Shown: positions 18,062 through 29,202, counted from the first letter of the stretch. The stretch is DNA of 64,000 nt from Akkermansia muciniphila (GCA_943331445.1 CALQLO010000003.1:66173-130172), one strand, 5' to 3'. The notes: generated from the letters alone by a model not told the origin. Numbers and translations: made by a program.

Positions 18062-18097
18062 GGGAGGCGCAGTTTAGGCTGCGCCTCCCTTATTTTT
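18062..18097 (+). terminator. Intrinsic terminator
   Basis: GGGAGGCGCAG-loop-CTGCGCCTCCC followed by TTATTTTT. Confidence 0.8.
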
Positions 18098-18182
18098 GGC
18101 TTATTTTGCCCATACCTCCCTACGGGTGTATTCGAGTGTTGACGGAGGGGGGTCCTTTCTCATGTTCCCGCTTTCCCTCTTT

Positions 18183-18614
18183 ATGAAGACCACGCTAGCC
18201 AAGAACGTGCAGCTCAAGGACAAGACCTGGTATGTCGTTGACGCCAAGGACCAAGTCCTGGGCCGTATTGCCGTCAAAATCGCCAACATTCTCCGCGGCC
18301 GCCACAAGCCCACCTACACCCCCCACGTCGACACGGGTGACTACGTCATCGTGATCAACGCCGACAAGGTGCGCCTCACCGGCTCTAAGGAAGAGGACAA
18401 GACGTACATGTTCTTCACTGGCTGGGTGGGTACCGCCTACCGTCGCACGGCTGCCGCCATGCGCACCCGTCGCCCTGAGTTCTTGGTCACCCACGCCGTC
18501 AAGGGCATGCTCCCCAAGAACCGCCTCGCCAATGACATGCTCCTTAAGCTGCGCGTCTACGCCGGCGACAAGCACGAGCACGCCGCTTCCAACCCGATCC
18601 CGTTCAAGGGTTAA
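18183..18614 (+). CDS. rplM: 50S ribosomal protein L13
   Basis: WYVVDA, LGR, KPTYTPHVDTGD, VKGMLPKN. Confidence 0.98.
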   Translation: MKTTLAKNVQLKDKTWYVVDAKDQVLGRIAVKIANILRGRHKPTYTPHVDTGDYVIVINADKVRLTGSKEEDKTYMFFTGWVGTAYRRTAAAMRTRRPEFLVTHAVKGMLPKNRLANDMLLKLRVYAGDKHEHAASNPIPFKG

Positions 18615-18632
18615 TCTATCGTCCTCTTTGCA

Positions 18633-19031
18633 ATGAGCGCCAAGTCCCCCGCCATCACCGCCGTCGGCCGTCGCAAGACCGCTTCGGCCCGCGTCCGCCT
18701 TACCCGCGGCACCGGCACCATGTCCATCAACGGCAAGCCCGCTGAGGAGTACCTCTACACCGAGGCCCTCGTTAAGGCTGCGACGTTGCCTATCCGCACT
18801 GCTGGCCTCGAGGGTCAGGTGGATGTCATTGTCCTCGTCATCGGCGGTGGCCCTAACGGTCAGGCCGGCGCCATCTCCCACGGCCTCGCCCGCGCGATCC
18901 AGAAGATGGATGCCACCCTGCGTGCCCCTCTCAAGAAAGAAGGCCTCCTTACCCGCGACGGTCGTATGCGCGAACGTAAGAAGCCCGGCCGTCCTGGTGC
19001 CCGTAAGCGTTTCCAGTTCTCCAAGCGTTAA
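18633..19031 (+). CDS. rpsI: 30S ribosomal protein S9
   Basis: GRRKTASARV, GQAGAI, LTRD, QFSKR C-terminus. Confidence 0.98.
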   Translation: MSAKSPAITAVGRRKTASARVRLTRGTGTMSINGKPAEEYLYTEALVKAATLPIRTAGLEGQVDVIVLVIGGGPNGQAGAISHGLARAIQKMDATLRAPLKKEGLLTRDGRMRERKKPGRPGARKRFQFSKR

Positions 19032-19055
19032 TCCGCGACGAGACAGGAACCCACG

Positions 19056-19085
19056 AAGGCCCCGGCACCCCGGGGCCTTTTTGTT
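19056..19085 (+). terminator. Intrinsic terminator of rplM-rpsI
   Basis: AAGGCCCCGG-CACC-CCGGGGCCTT followed by TTTGTT. Confidence 0.85.
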
Positions 19086-19142
19086 GCCCAGTTTTCTGTG
19101 TCCTTTCATCCATTCGTCATCTAATAACCACACACTCAAGCC

Positions 19143-20192
19143 ATGTCCCAAAACCTGACCAAGGTCGGCATTGTCGGAGCCTCGGGCTACACCGGGGAAG
19201 AGCTCGTGCGCGTGCTCGCCCGGCATCCCCGGGTGAAGCTGGCCGCCGTCTGCTCCCGCACGCTCGCCGGCAAACTCGTCGCCGATGAGATTCCGCGCCT
19301 GCGCGGAGTCGTGGAGGCTACCCTGACTTTCTCGGCCTCTTCGCCCGAAGAGTGCGCAAAGTCCGACGTGGAAGTTTGGTTCCTTGCCTTACCGCACGGC
19401 GTCGCCGCCGAATATGCCCAGCCACTGGTGGCCGCCGGCAAGCGGGTGCTTGATTTATCCGCGGACTTCCGTCTGCGCGACCTGGCTAACTACAAAAAGT
19501 ATTACGGACACGATCATCCAGCGCCGGCCCTCGCCGCGCAGGCTTTTTACGTCATTCCTGAATTGCAGACGGGCGATGCTTGGAAGTCCGCGAAGCTGAT
19601 TGCCTGCCCGGGCTGCTATCCGACGAGCATCCAGATTCCGATGGTCCCGCTCTTGCGCGCCGGCCTGATTAAGCCCGAGCCAGGGCGGCTTGTCATCAAC
19701 TCGTACAGTGGTGTCTCCGGGGCCGGCAAGAAGGCCGAGGTCGGCCTGCTCTTCTCGGAGCGGGATAGCTCGATGAAGGCCTACGGCATTCCTGGCCACC
19801 GGCATATCGCCGAGATCGAAGAGGCATTCTCGGCCGCGGCGGGTCAGCCGGTCGTGATTCAATTTAATCCGCATCTTGCGCCCATGCACCGGGGGATTGC
19901 CACGACGATTGTGGTGCCTGCCGCGGGGGTGACGGTCGCGCAAGTTGAGGCCGTATGGCAGCAGGCCTACGCGGGTCGGCCGTTTGTGACGTTGCTCAAG
20001 TCGGGCGACTTCCCAGACACCGCGCATGTCGCCAATACCAATCGGGTGGCCTGTTCCGTCGTCGCCGATGCGCGCACGGGCAATCTCATTATTACCTCAG
20101 TCATTGATAATCTCCTCAAGGGCGCTGGCGGTCAGGCCGTTCAGAATCTGAATCTCATGATGGGCTGGGGTGAGGCTGAAGGGCTCCGTTAA
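19143..20192 (+). CDS. argC: N-acetyl-gamma-glutamyl-phosphate reductase
   Basis: GASGYTG, ALPHG, DLSADFR, PGCYPT, SGVSGAG, DNLLKGAGGQA. Confidence 0.97.
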   Translation: MSQNLTKVGIVGASGYTGEELVRVLARHPRVKLAAVCSRTLAGKLVADEIPRLRGVVEATLTFSASSPEECAKSDVEVWFLALPHGVAAEYAQPLVAAGKRVLDLSADFRLRDLANYKKYYGHDHPAPALAAQAFYVIPELQTGDAWKSAKLIACPGCYPTSIQIPMVPLLRAGLIKPEPGRLVINSYSGVSGAGKKAEVGLLFSERDSSMKAYGIPGHRHIAEIEEAFSAAAGQPVVIQFNPHLAPMHRGIATTIVVPAAGVTVAQVEAVWQQAYAGRPFVTLLKSGDFPDTAHVANTNRVACSVVADARTGNLIITSVIDNLLKGAGGQAVQNLNLMMGWGEAEGLR

Positions 20193-20197
20193 TTTTC

Positions 20198-21427
20198 ATG
20201 TCCATCGAATTCACCAATGATTCGCCCGGGATTTCCGACGTCCCTGGCTTCCGGGTCGGCGCGGCCGCCTGTGATATCCGCAATAAAGGCACAGACCGTC
20301 TCGATCTGACGCTCGTGGTCGCTGATCAGCCGTGCGCGGCCGCCGGCGTTTTCACCACCAACGATGTGAAGGCTGCGCCCGTCCGGTTCTGCCAACAGGT
20401 CTTAGCCGTCTCGGCGGATAAAATTCGCGGCATCGTCGGCAACAGCGGCAACGCCAACGCCTGCACCTCGCAGCAGGGCGATACCGATACCGTGGCGATG
20501 GCTAGGCTGGCGGCGGCCGCGGTCGGCCCCGGCGGGGATCAATTCCTGGTTTGCTCGACGGGTCGCATCGGCGAACTGCTCCCGATGGCCAAGATTGCCG
20601 AAGGTATTAAAATCTCAGCTGTGCGGCTTTCCCGTGATGCGGCCGAGGGCGTGCGTTCCGCTAACGCTATCCTGACTTCCGACACGCGGCCTAAGTCGGT
20701 GACGGCACGTTTCTCGTGGCAGGGAAAGACGGTCACGATTGCTGGCATCGCGAAGGGTGCCGGCATGATTGAGCCGAATATGGCCACGATGCTTGCTTTT
20801 GTGTGCACGGATGCGGCCGCTTTGCCGGCCGAACTTAAATCCGCGCTCAAGGCTGCCTCCGACCAGTCCTTTAACTGCGTCAGTGTGGATGGCGACATGT
20901 CGACCAATGATACGGTGTTGCTGCTCGCTTCCGGCGTTTCCGGGGTCGCCGTGGGCGCCTCCGCCGAGCCGGCCCTCCGCCAACTTTTCCAAGAGGCGCT
21001 CGACAAGGTCTGCTTTGCTCTGGCTGAGAAGATTGTCGGCGATGGGGAGAAAATCACTAAGGTCGTCGCCGTCGAAGTTGAGGGTGCCCGTACCCGGGCC
21101 GATGCGGAAAAGATCGCCCGCGCCATCGGCAACTCGCTCTTGGTGAAATCCTCCTGGTATGGCGAAGATCCGAACTGGGGACGACTGGCGGACGCCGCCG
21201 GCTACGCCCGGACCGGCTTAGATGAGTCTAAACTCGATATTTTTTACGACGACGTCCCCGCCGTGCTCGGCGGCAAGCCGCTCCCGGAGAACAAGCCCCA
21301 GTGGAAACAGGTGGTGAAGGCCGCTCGTTTCGCCGTCCGGTTGAAGCTCAATCTGGGCGAAGCCAAGTTCCGGCTTCTGGCCGCTGACCTCACCGACGGG
21401 TATGTTAATTACAACAAAAGCGAGTAA
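20198..21427 (+). CDS. argJ: Ornithine acetyltransferase ArgJ
   Basis: [26 protein letters not shown] (autocleavage Thr), DMSTND, DPNWGR. Confidence 0.97.
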   Translation: MSIEFTNDSPGISDVPGFRVGAAACDIRNKGTDRLDLTLVVADQPCAAAGVFTTNDVKAAPVRFCQQVLAVSADKIRGIVGNSGNANACTSQQGDTDTVAMARLAAAAVGPGGDQFLVCSTGRIGELLPMAKIAEGIKISAVRLSRDAAEGVRSANAILTSDTRPKSVTARFSWQGKTVTIAGIAKGAGMIEPNMATMLAFVCTDAAALPAELKSALKAASDQSFNCVSVDGDMSTNDTVLLLASGVSGVAVGASAEPALRQLFQEALDKVCFALAEKIVGDGEKITKVVAVEVEGARTRADAEKIARAIGNSLLVKSSWYGEDPNWGRLADAAGYARTGLDESKLDIFYDDVPAVLGGKPLPENKPQWKQVVKAARFAVRLKLNLGEAKFRLLAADLTDGYVNYNKSE

Positions 21428-21477
21428 GGTTTTCCGTTTACTCTGCCGACCGTAGTCCCGACACTTCGCACCGAAAG

Positions 21478-22359
21478 ATGAGCACACCCGCCGCGCAAAA
21501 AGCCGAGGTCCTTCTCGAGGCGCTTCCCTATATCCACAAGTTCCGTGGCTCCACCTTTGTGGTGAAGTACGGCGGTAGCTTTATGGATGACCCGAATCCC
21601 GAGGGACGCGATCGGGTCGCCACAGACATCGCTTTCTTGGCGGCCGTCGGCATTCAGGTCGTCGTCGTCCACGGGGGCGGTAAGGCCATTACGCGGGCCA
21701 TGGACAAAGCGGGTATTAAATCCGAATTCCGGGGCGGCATGCGCGTCACGGATGCCGCGACCGTGAAGATTGTGGAGGAAACCCTTAATGTGGAAATCAA
21801 CGGGCAGATTTGCGAATCGCTGAAGGCCCGGGGGGGCAATCCGCTCGGCATGCCGGGCAACCACGTCAACCTTTGTGAGAAGCTCATGGGCACCGACGAA
21901 AAGGGTGAGCCCGTCGATATTGGCTTTGTTGGCGATATCAAGTTCGTGAAGACGAAGCTGATTAAGAAGGCCCTCGCCGACGGCTTTCTGCCGGTCGTCT
22001 CCCCCATCGCCCTCGACGCGGAGGATCATCCTTACAATACGAACGCCGATGTCGCCGCCGCCGCCGTGGCACATTCGCTGCGGGCCCGCCGGCTGATTTT
22101 CATGAGTGACGTCCCCGGTCTGTTGGCTGACGCCAAGGACCCCGCCTCGCTCATCACCACGCTTAAGGTGAGTGAAGTCGATGAGCTTAAGAAGAAGGGT
22201 GTGATCGCCGGCGGGATGATCCCTAAGGTCGATAGCGCCGTGAAGGCCCTGAAAGAAGGGGTGCGCCGCGTGCACTTCATTGATGGCCGCGTGCCCCATG
22301 CCTTGCTGCTCGAAGTCTTTACCGACAAGGGCATCGGCACGGAAATCATTCACGGTTAA
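21478..22359 (+). CDS. argB: Acetylglutamate kinase
   Basis: EALPYI, VKYGG, VHGGG, NTNAD, GGMIPK, LLLEVFT. Confidence 0.97.
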   Translation: MSTPAAQKAEVLLEALPYIHKFRGSTFVVKYGGSFMDDPNPEGRDRVATDIAFLAAVGIQVVVVHGGGKAITRAMDKAGIKSEFRGGMRVTDAATVKIVEETLNVEINGQICESLKARGGNPLGMPGNHVNLCEKLMGTDEKGEPVDIGFVGDIKFVKTKLIKKALADGFLPVVSPIALDAEDHPYNTNADVAAAAVAHSLRARRLIFMSDVPGLLADAKDPASLITTLKVSEVDELKKKGVIAGGMIPKVDSAVKALKEGVRRVHFIDGRVPHALLLEVFTDKGIGTEIIHG

Positions 22360-23579
22360 TGAGTGGGCTCACTCCAGATTCCGCCGCTGGGAACTACGCG
22401 GCCAATGTCGCCCATAATTATGGCGCTCCGCCCATCACCTTAGTGAAAGGGCAGGGGGCTTATGTCTGGGATGTGGCCGGTAAGCGTTACCTTGATTTTG
22501 CCGCTGGAATCGCGGTCAACTCCGTCGGGCATGCCCACCCGCACTGGGTTAAGCGCGTCACCGAACAGGCCAGCAAACTCGTCCATGTCAGCAATCTTTA
22601 CCGGAACGAGCCGCAGGGTGAACTCGCCCACGCCCTGTCGCTCCGTTGCGGGCCAGGTCGCGTCATCTTTTGCAATAGTGGTGCTGAGGCTAATGAAGGG
22701 CTACTCAAGCTCGCCCGTCTGCATGGCCAGCGTAAGTCTGGCACCGAGGGTGCCTGCATTGGCGTAGTCGTCGCGGAGAAGGCCTTTCATGGTCGCACCT
22801 TCGGAGGGATGTCCGCCACCCCTCAGGAGAAAATTCAGAAAGGTTTCCGTCCGTTGCTCTCTGGCTTCACCACGGCGCCGCTCAACGATCTTGCGGCCTG
22901 GGATAAGGCCATTGACGCTCAGACCACCGCCGCAGTCTTGATTGAATCGATCCAAGGCGAAGGTGGCGTGAATCCCGCGACCCCAGCCTTCCTTCAAGGC
23001 CTCGAGAAAATCTGCCGAGAGCGGAACGTACTCCTGATGATCGATGAAATTCAGTGCGGCATCGGCCGGACCGGAAAGTTCTTCGCCTATGAGTTTGCAG
23101 GGGTGAAGCCTGATGCGATTGCCATGGCCAAGGGCCTCGGCGGCGGTTTCCCCATCGGCGCAATCTGGATGGCTCCGCCGCACGACGACCTTTTCCAGGC
23201 AGGCTCGCATGGTACGACTTTCGGTGGCGGCCCGCTCGCGGCCACCGCTGGGCTGGCTGTCCTCGAAATCATCGAAGCCGAACAGCTCATCGCGAAGGTC
23301 GCCCGTCAGTCGATCGGTTGGCACGCGGAGCTGCGCAAGCTCATCGAACTGCGCCCCGACCTAGTGAAGGAAGTTCGTGGTGCCGGCTACATGGTCGGCG
23401 TGATTCTCTCCATCGACCCCGTTCCCGTGGTCACCGCCTTGCGTGATGCGGGGATGTTGACCGCACCGGCTGGTGGCGTCGCCGTCCGCTTGCTGCCCCC
23501 GCTCAACGCCTCTCCAGAGGAGTTGGCCGAATCGGTGGCGATCCTGCGTCAGGTGCTTGTCGGCTGGAAGGCCGCTTAG
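22359..23579 (+). CDS. argD: Acetylornithine aminotransferase
   Basis: NSGAEANE, FHGRT, IQGEGG, DEIQCG.GRTG, AKGLGGG, HGTTFGG; within the arg cluster. Confidence 0.93.
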   Translation: MSGLTPDSAAGNYAANVAHNYGAPPITLVKGQGAYVWDVAGKRYLDFAAGIAVNSVGHAHPHWVKRVTEQASKLVHVSNLYRNEPQGELAHALSLRCGPGRVIFCNSGAEANEGLLKLARLHGQRKSGTEGACIGVVVAEKAFHGRTFGGMSATPQEKIQKGFRPLLSGFTTAPLNDLAAWDKAIDAQTTAAVLIESIQGEGGVNPATPAFLQGLEKICRERNVLLMIDEIQCGIGRTGKFFAYEFAGVKPDAIAMAKGLGGGFPIGAIWMAPPHDDLFQAGSHGTTFGGGPLAATAGLAVLEIIEAEQLIAKVARQSIGWHAELRKLIELRPDLVKEVRGAGYMVGVILSIDPVPVVTALRDAGMLTAPAGGVAVRLLPPLNASPEELAESVAILRQVLVGWKAA

Positions 23580-23646
23580 GCGGTTTTCTCCCTTATTTTC
23601 CTCTGTCCAAACGGTGCTGGAGGCTTATGTTCAAACGCTTTCCGAG

Positions 23647-24594
23647 ATGCGTCATTTCCTGAAGGAGACCGATCTGACTATGGCCGAAACGGCTCAGGTC
23701 TTCGCCGCCGCGGCCGCACTCAAGGCTGGGCGCGGCAAGTCTGACGCGACGGCGTTGGCTCGTCAGTCATGGGGCCTCATGTTTTTCAAGAAAAGCACCC
23801 GCACCCGCGTTTCCTTTCAGGTCGGCGTTCACGAACTCGGCGGCATGCCGGTGATGCTCAATGCTGATGACCTGCAGATTTCCCGCGGAGAGACGGTCGC
23901 GGACACCGCGCGTGTTCTTTCGCGCTATCTGCATGGCATGGTGATTCGTTGTCACGAGCACAGCCTACTCGAGGAGTTTGCTCGATGTGGCACGATGCCG
24001 GTGGTTAACGCGCTTTCGGATTTCCTCCATCCGTGTCAGTTCATGACGGATATGTTCACCTTGGCGGAGCGCTTCTCCCCGGGTCGCCCGGAGCAGTACG
24101 CTGCATCATTAAAGGGCAAGAAAGTCGCCTTCCTCGGTGATACCGCCTGCAATATGGCCAACTCATTTGTGCTCGGTGGCGCCGCTCTCGGCGTCGAAAT
24201 CGCCCTCGCTGGTCCAGCTGGCTATGAGCCTGGCGCTGAAATCCGTGCCCAGTTGAAGAAGGATGGCCTCAATGAGACTTTCACGTTCTCCACGGACCCT
24301 GCGGTGGCCGTGAAGGGTGCGGATATGGTCTACACCGACGTATGGGTGAGCATGGGCATGGAGGCCGAGAAGGCTGAACGCCTGCGCACGATGCAGCCTT
24401 ATCAGGTCAATTCGAAGCTGATGGCCTTGGCCAAGCCGGGCGCCTACTTCATGCATTGCCTTCCTGCCCATCCCGGGGAGGAAGTCTCCGCCGAGGTGCT
24501 TGAGAGCAAGCAGAGCATCATCTTCGACCAAGCGGAGAATCGGCTCCATGTGCAGAAGGCCATCCTCGCCCACCTCGCCGCCCATCGCGGTTAA
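23647..24594 (+). CDS. argF: Ornithine carbamoyltransferase
   Basis: STRTR, HPCQ, TDVWVSMG, HCLP, QAENR. Confidence 0.96.
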   Translation: MRHFLKETDLTMAETAQVFAAAAALKAGRGKSDATALARQSWGLMFFKKSTRTRVSFQVGVHELGGMPVMLNADDLQISRGETVADTARVLSRYLHGMVIRCHEHSLLEEFARCGTMPVVNALSDFLHPCQFMTDMFTLAERFSPGRPEQYAASLKGKKVAFLGDTACNMANSFVLGGAALGVEIALAGPAGYEPGAEIRAQLKKDGLNETFTFSTDPAVAVKGADMVYTDVWVSMGMEAEKAERLRTMQPYQVNSKLMALAKPGAYFMHCLPAHPGEEVSAEVLESKQSIIFDQAENRLHVQKAILAHLAAHRG

Positions 24595-24609
24595 TTTTCC
24601 CATACACAC

Positions 24610-25866
24610 ATGAGCAAGCAGAAGAAAATCGTCCTGGCCTACTCCGGTGGCCTCGATACCTCCGTCCTCCTTTCCTGGATCAAGGAAAAGCATAACGCCG
24701 AGATGATCGCGTTCTGCGCCGATATTGGCCAGGAAGACGAACTCAAGGGCCTGAAGCAGAAGGCGATGAAGACCGGGGCCTCCAAACTCTACGTCGACGA
24801 CCTTCAGGCCGAGTTCTCCCGCGATTTCATCTTCCCGATGATGCAGGCGAGTGCCATCTATGAAGGCCAGTATTACCTCGGCACCTCCATTGCTCGTCCG
24901 CTCATCGCCAAGCGCATGGTGGAAATCGCCCGCAAGGAAGGCGCCACGGCCATCGCCCACGGCGCCACGGGCAAGGGCAATGACCAGGTCCGCTTTGAGC
25001 TGACCTGTGCCGCGCTCGCTCCGGATCTCGAGATTATCGCCCCTTGGCGCAACGAAGCCTTCCGCAAGGATTTTCCCGGTCGCGCTGAGATGATTGCGTA
25101 TTGCGCCGACAATAAGATCCCGGTCGAAGCCAGTGCTAAGAAGCCATACTCGTCCGACCGCAATCTCCTGCACATCTCCTACGAGGCCGGTATCCTCGAG
25201 GATCCCTGGATGGATGCTTTCCATCCCTCCAACAAGGCGATGTTCAAACTCTCCGTCGCCCCCGAAGATGCCCCCGATAAGCCAGAGTACGTTGAGCTCG
25301 AGTTCCGTCAGGGCGATTGCATCTCCGTCAATGGCAAGAAACTCGACCCTCTCGGCGTCATGCGCACCCTCAATAAGCTTGGCGGCCGTCACGGCGTCGG
25401 CCGCGTCGACATGGTTGAGAATCGCTTCGTCGGCATGAAGAGCCGTGGTGTCTATGAGACCCCGGGCGGCACCATCCTGCACTTCGCCCACCGCCAGATT
25501 GAGTCCCTGACCATGGACCGTGAGGTCATGCATCTGCGCGATTCGCTCGTCCCGCGCTACGCCACCCTCGTCTATAACGGTTTCTGGTATGCGCCGGAGC
25601 GGCTCGCCCTCCAGGCCTTGATCACCGAGTCGCAGCGAAATGTCTCCGGCACCGTCCGCGTGAAGCTCTACAAGGGCAGTGTGTACGTCGCCGGCCGCAA
25701 GAGCCCGCGTTCGCTCTACAACCCGCACATCGCCACGATGGAGGCCGATCCGACCAAGGCTTACAATCAGGACGACGCCACGGGCTTCATCCGTCTTAAT
25801 GGCCTGCGTCTGCGCGTGAACTCCAAGGTCAACGGTGTGGCCAATCTCAGCAAGACGGTCCGCTGA
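24610..25866 (+). CDS. argG: Argininosuccinate synthase
   Basis: [39 protein letters not shown]. Confidence 0.98.
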   Translation: MSKQKKIVLAYSGGLDTSVLLSWIKEKHNAEMIAFCADIGQEDELKGLKQKAMKTGASKLYVDDLQAEFSRDFIFPMMQASAIYEGQYYLGTSIARPLIAKRMVEIARKEGATAIAHGATGKGNDQVRFELTCAALAPDLEIIAPWRNEAFRKDFPGRAEMIAYCADNKIPVEASAKKPYSSDRNLLHISYEAGILEDPWMDAFHPSNKAMFKLSVAPEDAPDKPEYVELEFRQGDCISVNGKKLDPLGVMRTLNKLGGRHGVGRVDMVENRFVGMKSRGVYETPGGTILHFAHRQIESLTMDREVMHLRDSLVPRYATLVYNGFWYAPERLALQALITESQRNVSGTVRVKLYKGSVYVAGRKSPRSLYNPHIATMEADPTKAYNQDDATGFIRLNGLRLRVNSKVNGVANLSKTVR

Positions 25867-25884
25867 GCGGCGGGGTCAGTAAAG

Positions 25885-25921
25885 AAGAAGGGCGTCCCGG
25901 TTTGGGACGCCCTTCTTGTTT
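25885..25921. terminator. Bidirectional terminator between argG and tRNA-Cys
   Basis: AAGAAGGGCGTCCC-GGTTT-GGGACGCCCTTCTT. Confidence 0.85.
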
Positions 25922-25925
25922 AAAC

Positions 25926-26000
25926 TGGAGGCGCGGGTCGGAATTGAACCGACGCATGGGGCTTTTGCAGAGCCCGGCCTTACCACTTGGCTACCGCGCC
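25926..26000 (-). tRNA. tRNA-Cys(GCA)
   Basis: Acceptor GGCGCGG/CCGCGCC, GCA anticodon, U73 discriminator, encoded CCA. Confidence 0.97.
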
Positions 26001-26019
26001 TGAAGACTGACTGGCACCC

Positions 26020-26048
26020 AAAATGCCCCCTTGGGGAGGGCGTTTCAA
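26020..26048 (-). promoter_or_regulatory. Putative sigma70-type promoter of tRNA-Cys
   Basis: TTGAAA-17 bp-CATTTT about 20 nt upstream of the tRNA. Confidence 0.5.
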
Positions 26049-26100
26049 GGGTTTTGTGCATGGGCTTCCCTTTCGACGCTTTATCGCCTAATACCATGTC

Positions 26101-26595
26101 ATGCCTCAGCCCGTCCCACCTTTCCGCGTCGGCCTCGGCTACGATATTCATCCTTTGGCGGCTGGGCGTGCGTGTATCTTAGGCGGCGTCTTGATCCCTT
26201 CGGAGGTGGGCCCGGTCGGTCATTCCGATGCGGATGTCCTCCTGCATGCGGTGGCCGACGCTATTCTTGGCGGGGCTGGCCTGCGCGATATCGGCCATTA
26301 TTTCCCTAATACCGACGACGCCCTAAAGGGCCTAGATTCCGCCATGATTTTAAAGAAGGCCGTCGCCGAGGCCAAAGCCCTGGGCTGGTGGGTCGGTAAT
26401 GTGGACATTGTGTTGATTGCGGAACGCCCCAAAGTGCTCGCTCACGTGCCCGCTATCCGGGCTCGGGTGGCCGAAATCATCGGGATCGACCCCGCTCAGG
26501 TGGGAGTGAAGGCCACCACCAACGAGGGCATGGATGCCATCGGCCAAGGCAAGGCGCTGGCCGTCCAGGCGGTTTGTCTGCTTTTTAAGCCCTAA
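26101..26595 (+). CDS. ispF: 2-C-methyl-D-erythritol 2,4-cyclodiphosphate synthase
   Basis: RVGLGYDIH, GHSDADVLLHA, DIGHYFP, VKATTNE. Confidence 0.96.
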   Translation: MPQPVPPFRVGLGYDIHPLAAGRACILGGVLIPSEVGPVGHSDADVLLHAVADAILGGAGLRDIGHYFPNTDDALKGLDSAMILKKAVAEAKALGWWVGNVDIVLIAERPKVLAHVPAIRARVAEIIGIDPAQVGVKATTNEGMDAIGQGKALAVQAVCLLFKP

Positions 26596-26688
26596 AACCT
26601 GTCGTTTTCGACGGCTTGGGGGTTCGGGCTTGTCAATGGCTAGTGCAAAGCGAATACTGAACGACCCTTCAGTCCGAAGGGGTCACCT

Positions 26689-27123
26689 ATGGAAAAGACT
26701 CTTATCATCCTTAAGCCCGATTGCATGGAGCGTCGCCTCTGCGGCACCGTCTTGGCTCGCTTCGAGTCCGCTGGATTCGAGATCATGGCAAGCAAGATGG
26801 CCCGCCTGACGTCTGCCCAGCTCCGTGAGCATTACGCGCACGTCGCTGACAAGCCGTTCTACCCGGAAATCGAGGCCTTCATGTCCTCCCGCCCGGTGAT
26901 CGTTGCCGTTCTCGTTGGCGACAATGTCATTTCCCGCGTCCGTGAGTTACTCGGACCGACCAATTCTAAAGTGGCCCCTAAGGGCACCATCCGGGGCGAT
27001 TTCGGCACCGAGATGATGCGCAATGTTTGCCACGCCTCTGATAGTCCCGCTGCGGCGGAGGCTGAGGTTCGCCGTTTCTTCAGTTCTGACGAAGTCTTTG
27101 CCCCTGAGGCAAGCCGAGTCTGA
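26689..27123 (+). CDS. ndk: Nucleoside diphosphate kinase
   Basis: TLIILKPD, HYA..KPFY, GTIRGDF, NVCHASDS. Confidence 0.97.
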   Translation: MEKTLIILKPDCMERRLCGTVLARFESAGFEIMASKMARLTSAQLREHYAHVADKPFYPEIEAFMSSRPVIVAVLVGDNVISRVRELLGPTNSKVAPKGTIRGDFGTEMMRNVCHASDSPAAAEAEVRRFFSSDEVFAPEASRV

Positions 27124-27143
27124 CCCGAGGCATAGCACCAAAA

Positions 27144-27181
27144 ATAAGCCCCGCAGTTCGCGCTGCGGGGCTTATCTTTTT
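27144..27181. terminator. Bidirectional terminator
   Basis: ATAAGCCCCGCAG-loop-CTGCGGGGCTTAT with T-runs on both strands. Confidence 0.85.
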
Positions 27182-27198
27182 ACGAGTATCGCGAAGGC

Positions 27199-27804
27199 TT
27201 ACTTCGCGGCCTTAGGGGCCTCCGCATGGACGGGCGCGACGGGCGGAGGGTTGAACTTCTCGTAGAGCGGCCAAGCGTAGGTGAGGAAGCCGACGCCGAT
27301 GGCCCCTGCACAGAGGCCAACAATCCAGAAAGACTGCTTCTTCATTAAGGCTGCGATGGCTGAGAGCATGATGGCGATTTGCAGGAACATGATCGCGAGG
27401 CCGAAGTTGCCGCCGCGTGCCTGGCTATAGGCGGCTTCGGCGTCGAGGTAGACGGCGTCCTTCATGATTTCGGCCTTCTCGCCCTTGTAGCGCTTGATTT
27501 CTTCGTCGGCCTTATCGATGGCCTTGCGGGCGATGGCTTTGGCTTCAGGGGCGGGCGTGCCGGCTTCGATCACCTTGATGATGGTGCTCTCGGTGTCTCG
27601 GGCGGTCTCTTTCAGGCTCTTGGCCTGGTAATAGGCCCACTTGTTCGAAGCACTGACCGTGGCTAGTTGGGTCTTTGTTGAGAAGCTTCCGCCCTTAAGG
27701 GTCGCGAAGGCGGCGCACACGGCGAGGAGGGTGGTGGAGAGGGCGACCCACTTGGTCCAAGCGTCGGGGGCGGGAGCAGGGGTGTCTTTTTTGGCTTCAG
27801 TCAT
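27199..27804 (-). CDS. DUF4337-like membrane protein
   Basis: VALSTTLLAVCAA TM, WAYYQAKS motif, coiled coil, LQIAIMLSAI TMs. Confidence 0.75.
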   Translation of the reverse strand: MTEAKKDTPAPAPDAWTKWVALSTTLLAVCAAFATLKGGSFSTKTQLATVSASNKWAYYQAKSLKETARDTESTIIKVIEAGTPAPEAKAIARKAIDKADEEIKRYKGEKAEIMKDAVYLDAEAAYSQARGGNFGLAIMFLQIAIMLSAIAALMKKQSFWIVGLCAGAIGVGFLTYAWPLYEKFNPPPVAPVHAEAPKAAK

Positions 27805-27933
27805 GGTGATGTCTCTGGAAGCAAAGGTTTTCAGCCCTTGGCTCAATGCATTTCTTTCCCGAAAGCCCGCGCACCAAGGGTGCGCGATAATTCCCCGTTG
27901 CCCTCCGGCGGGGGGATTGGGCAAAGTCGGCCC

Positions 27934-29202
27934 ATGCTGGATCCTAAGTTCCTTCGTGAAAATATCGACCTCGTCCGCAAGGGCATCGCCCGGAAGAAGT
28001 TCCAGGTCGATCTCGATGCCGTCTTGGCCGCCGACGAAGCCCGCCGCCATGCGGTGGCCGAGTTCGAGGTCGCCCGCTCGGCGCAGAACGCCGCCAATAA
28101 GGAGATGGCGGCGATGCCCAAGGGCTCACCGGAGTTTCAGGCTAAGGTCGCCGAGATGAAGGCGGCATCCGCCAAGGTGAAGGAGCTCGAAAAAAAGGTT
28201 TCCGAAGTCGAAGAGCAGATGAAGGCGGTCGCTCTTTCGGTCCCCAATATCCCGCACGATTCCGTGCCCGAAGGTCGCACTGAAGCTGACAATAAGGTCG
28301 TGCTCGAGTGGGGCGATCATGGAAAGCTCATCTCTGCAGCCGCCAAGCCGCATTGGGATATCGCCTGGTTCAGTAAGGCCATTGACTTCGAACGTGGCGT
28401 GAAGGTCACCGGTGCGGGCTTCCCTTTCTACGTCGGCGACATGGCCCGCCTCGTCCGCGCGCTGATTCAGTACTTCCTGGAGGAGGCTGGCGCCAATGGC
28501 TACACGGAGGTCCACGCCCCGTTGCTCGTCAACGCCGCTTCCGCTACCGCTACCGGTCAGTTGCCCGATAAGGAAGGGCAGATGTACCACGCCCAGACGG
28601 ATGATTTCTACATGATCCCGACGGCGGAAGTGCCCGTCACAAATTTCTTCCGCGACGAGATTCTCGAGGAGGTTTCCTTGCCCGTGAAGCGTGCAGGCTA
28701 TACGCCGTGCTTCCGTCGCGAAGCTGGCAGCTGGGGCGCCCATGTGCGCGGCCTGAATCGCCTGCACCAGTTCGACAAGGTGGAGCTCGTGAAATGGGTC
28801 CACCCCGAAAAGTCCTTTGAAGAGCTAGAGCTTTTGCGTGGCGACGCCGAGCGTCTCCTTCAGAAGTTAAATCTGCCTTATCGCGTGCTGCTTATTTGTG
28901 CCGGCGATATCGGCTTCTCCCACAGCAAGCAGTACGACCTCGAAGTTTGGGCCGGCGGCCAGAAGCGCTGGCTTGAAGTCTCGAGCTGCTCTAACTTCAC
29001 CGACTTCCAGGCCCGTCGTGCGGGGATACGGTTCCGCCCGAAGGATGGGAAGCCCGAGTTCGTCCATACCCTCAACGGTTCTGGTCTCGGCCTGCCACGC
29101 GTCCTCGCCGCCATCTTGGAGAACAACCTCCAAGCCGACGGCACCGTGCTCGTGCCCGAGGCGCTCCGTCGCTGGTACGGCAAGGAAACGCTGTCGTTCT
29201 GA
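27934..29202 (+). CDS. serS: Serine--tRNA ligase
   Basis: MLD start, coiled-coil arm, PTAEVP, CFRREAG, RLHQFDKVE, EVSSCSN, HTLNGSG. Confidence 0.98.
   Translation: MLDPKFLRENIDLVRKGIARKKFQVDLDAVLAADEARRHAVAEFEVARSAQNAANKEMAAMPKGSPEFQAKVAEMKAASAKVKELEKKVSEVEEQMKAVALSVPNIPHDSVPEGRTEADNKVVLEWGDHGKLISAAAKPHWDIAWFSKAIDFERGVKVTGAGFPFYVGDMARLVRALIQYFLEEAGANGYTEVHAPLLVNAASATATGQLPDKEGQMYHAQTDDFYMIPTAEVPVTNFFRDEILEEVSLPVKRAGYTPCFRREAGSWGAHVRGLNRLHQFDKVELVKWVHPEKSFEELELLRGDAERLLQKLNLPYRVLLICAGDIGFSHSKQYDLEVWAGGQKRWLEVSSCSNFTDFQARRAGIRFRPKDGKPEFVHTLNGSGLGLPRVLAAILENNLQADGTVLVPEALRRWYGKETLSF

Noticed and set aside
19085..19142. ARG box or attenuator before argC; leader peptide before thrB
   Set aside because: No convincing ArgR palindrome and no Arg- or Thr-rich leader ORF.
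24163..25728. 521-aa antisense ORF over argF/argG, and similar long shadows (1444..2400, 18195..19226, 21409..22353, 30893..31744, 52531..53472)
   Set aside because: They lie opposite well-conserved genes, have no recognisable motifs, and are expected from GC-rich biased codon usage.
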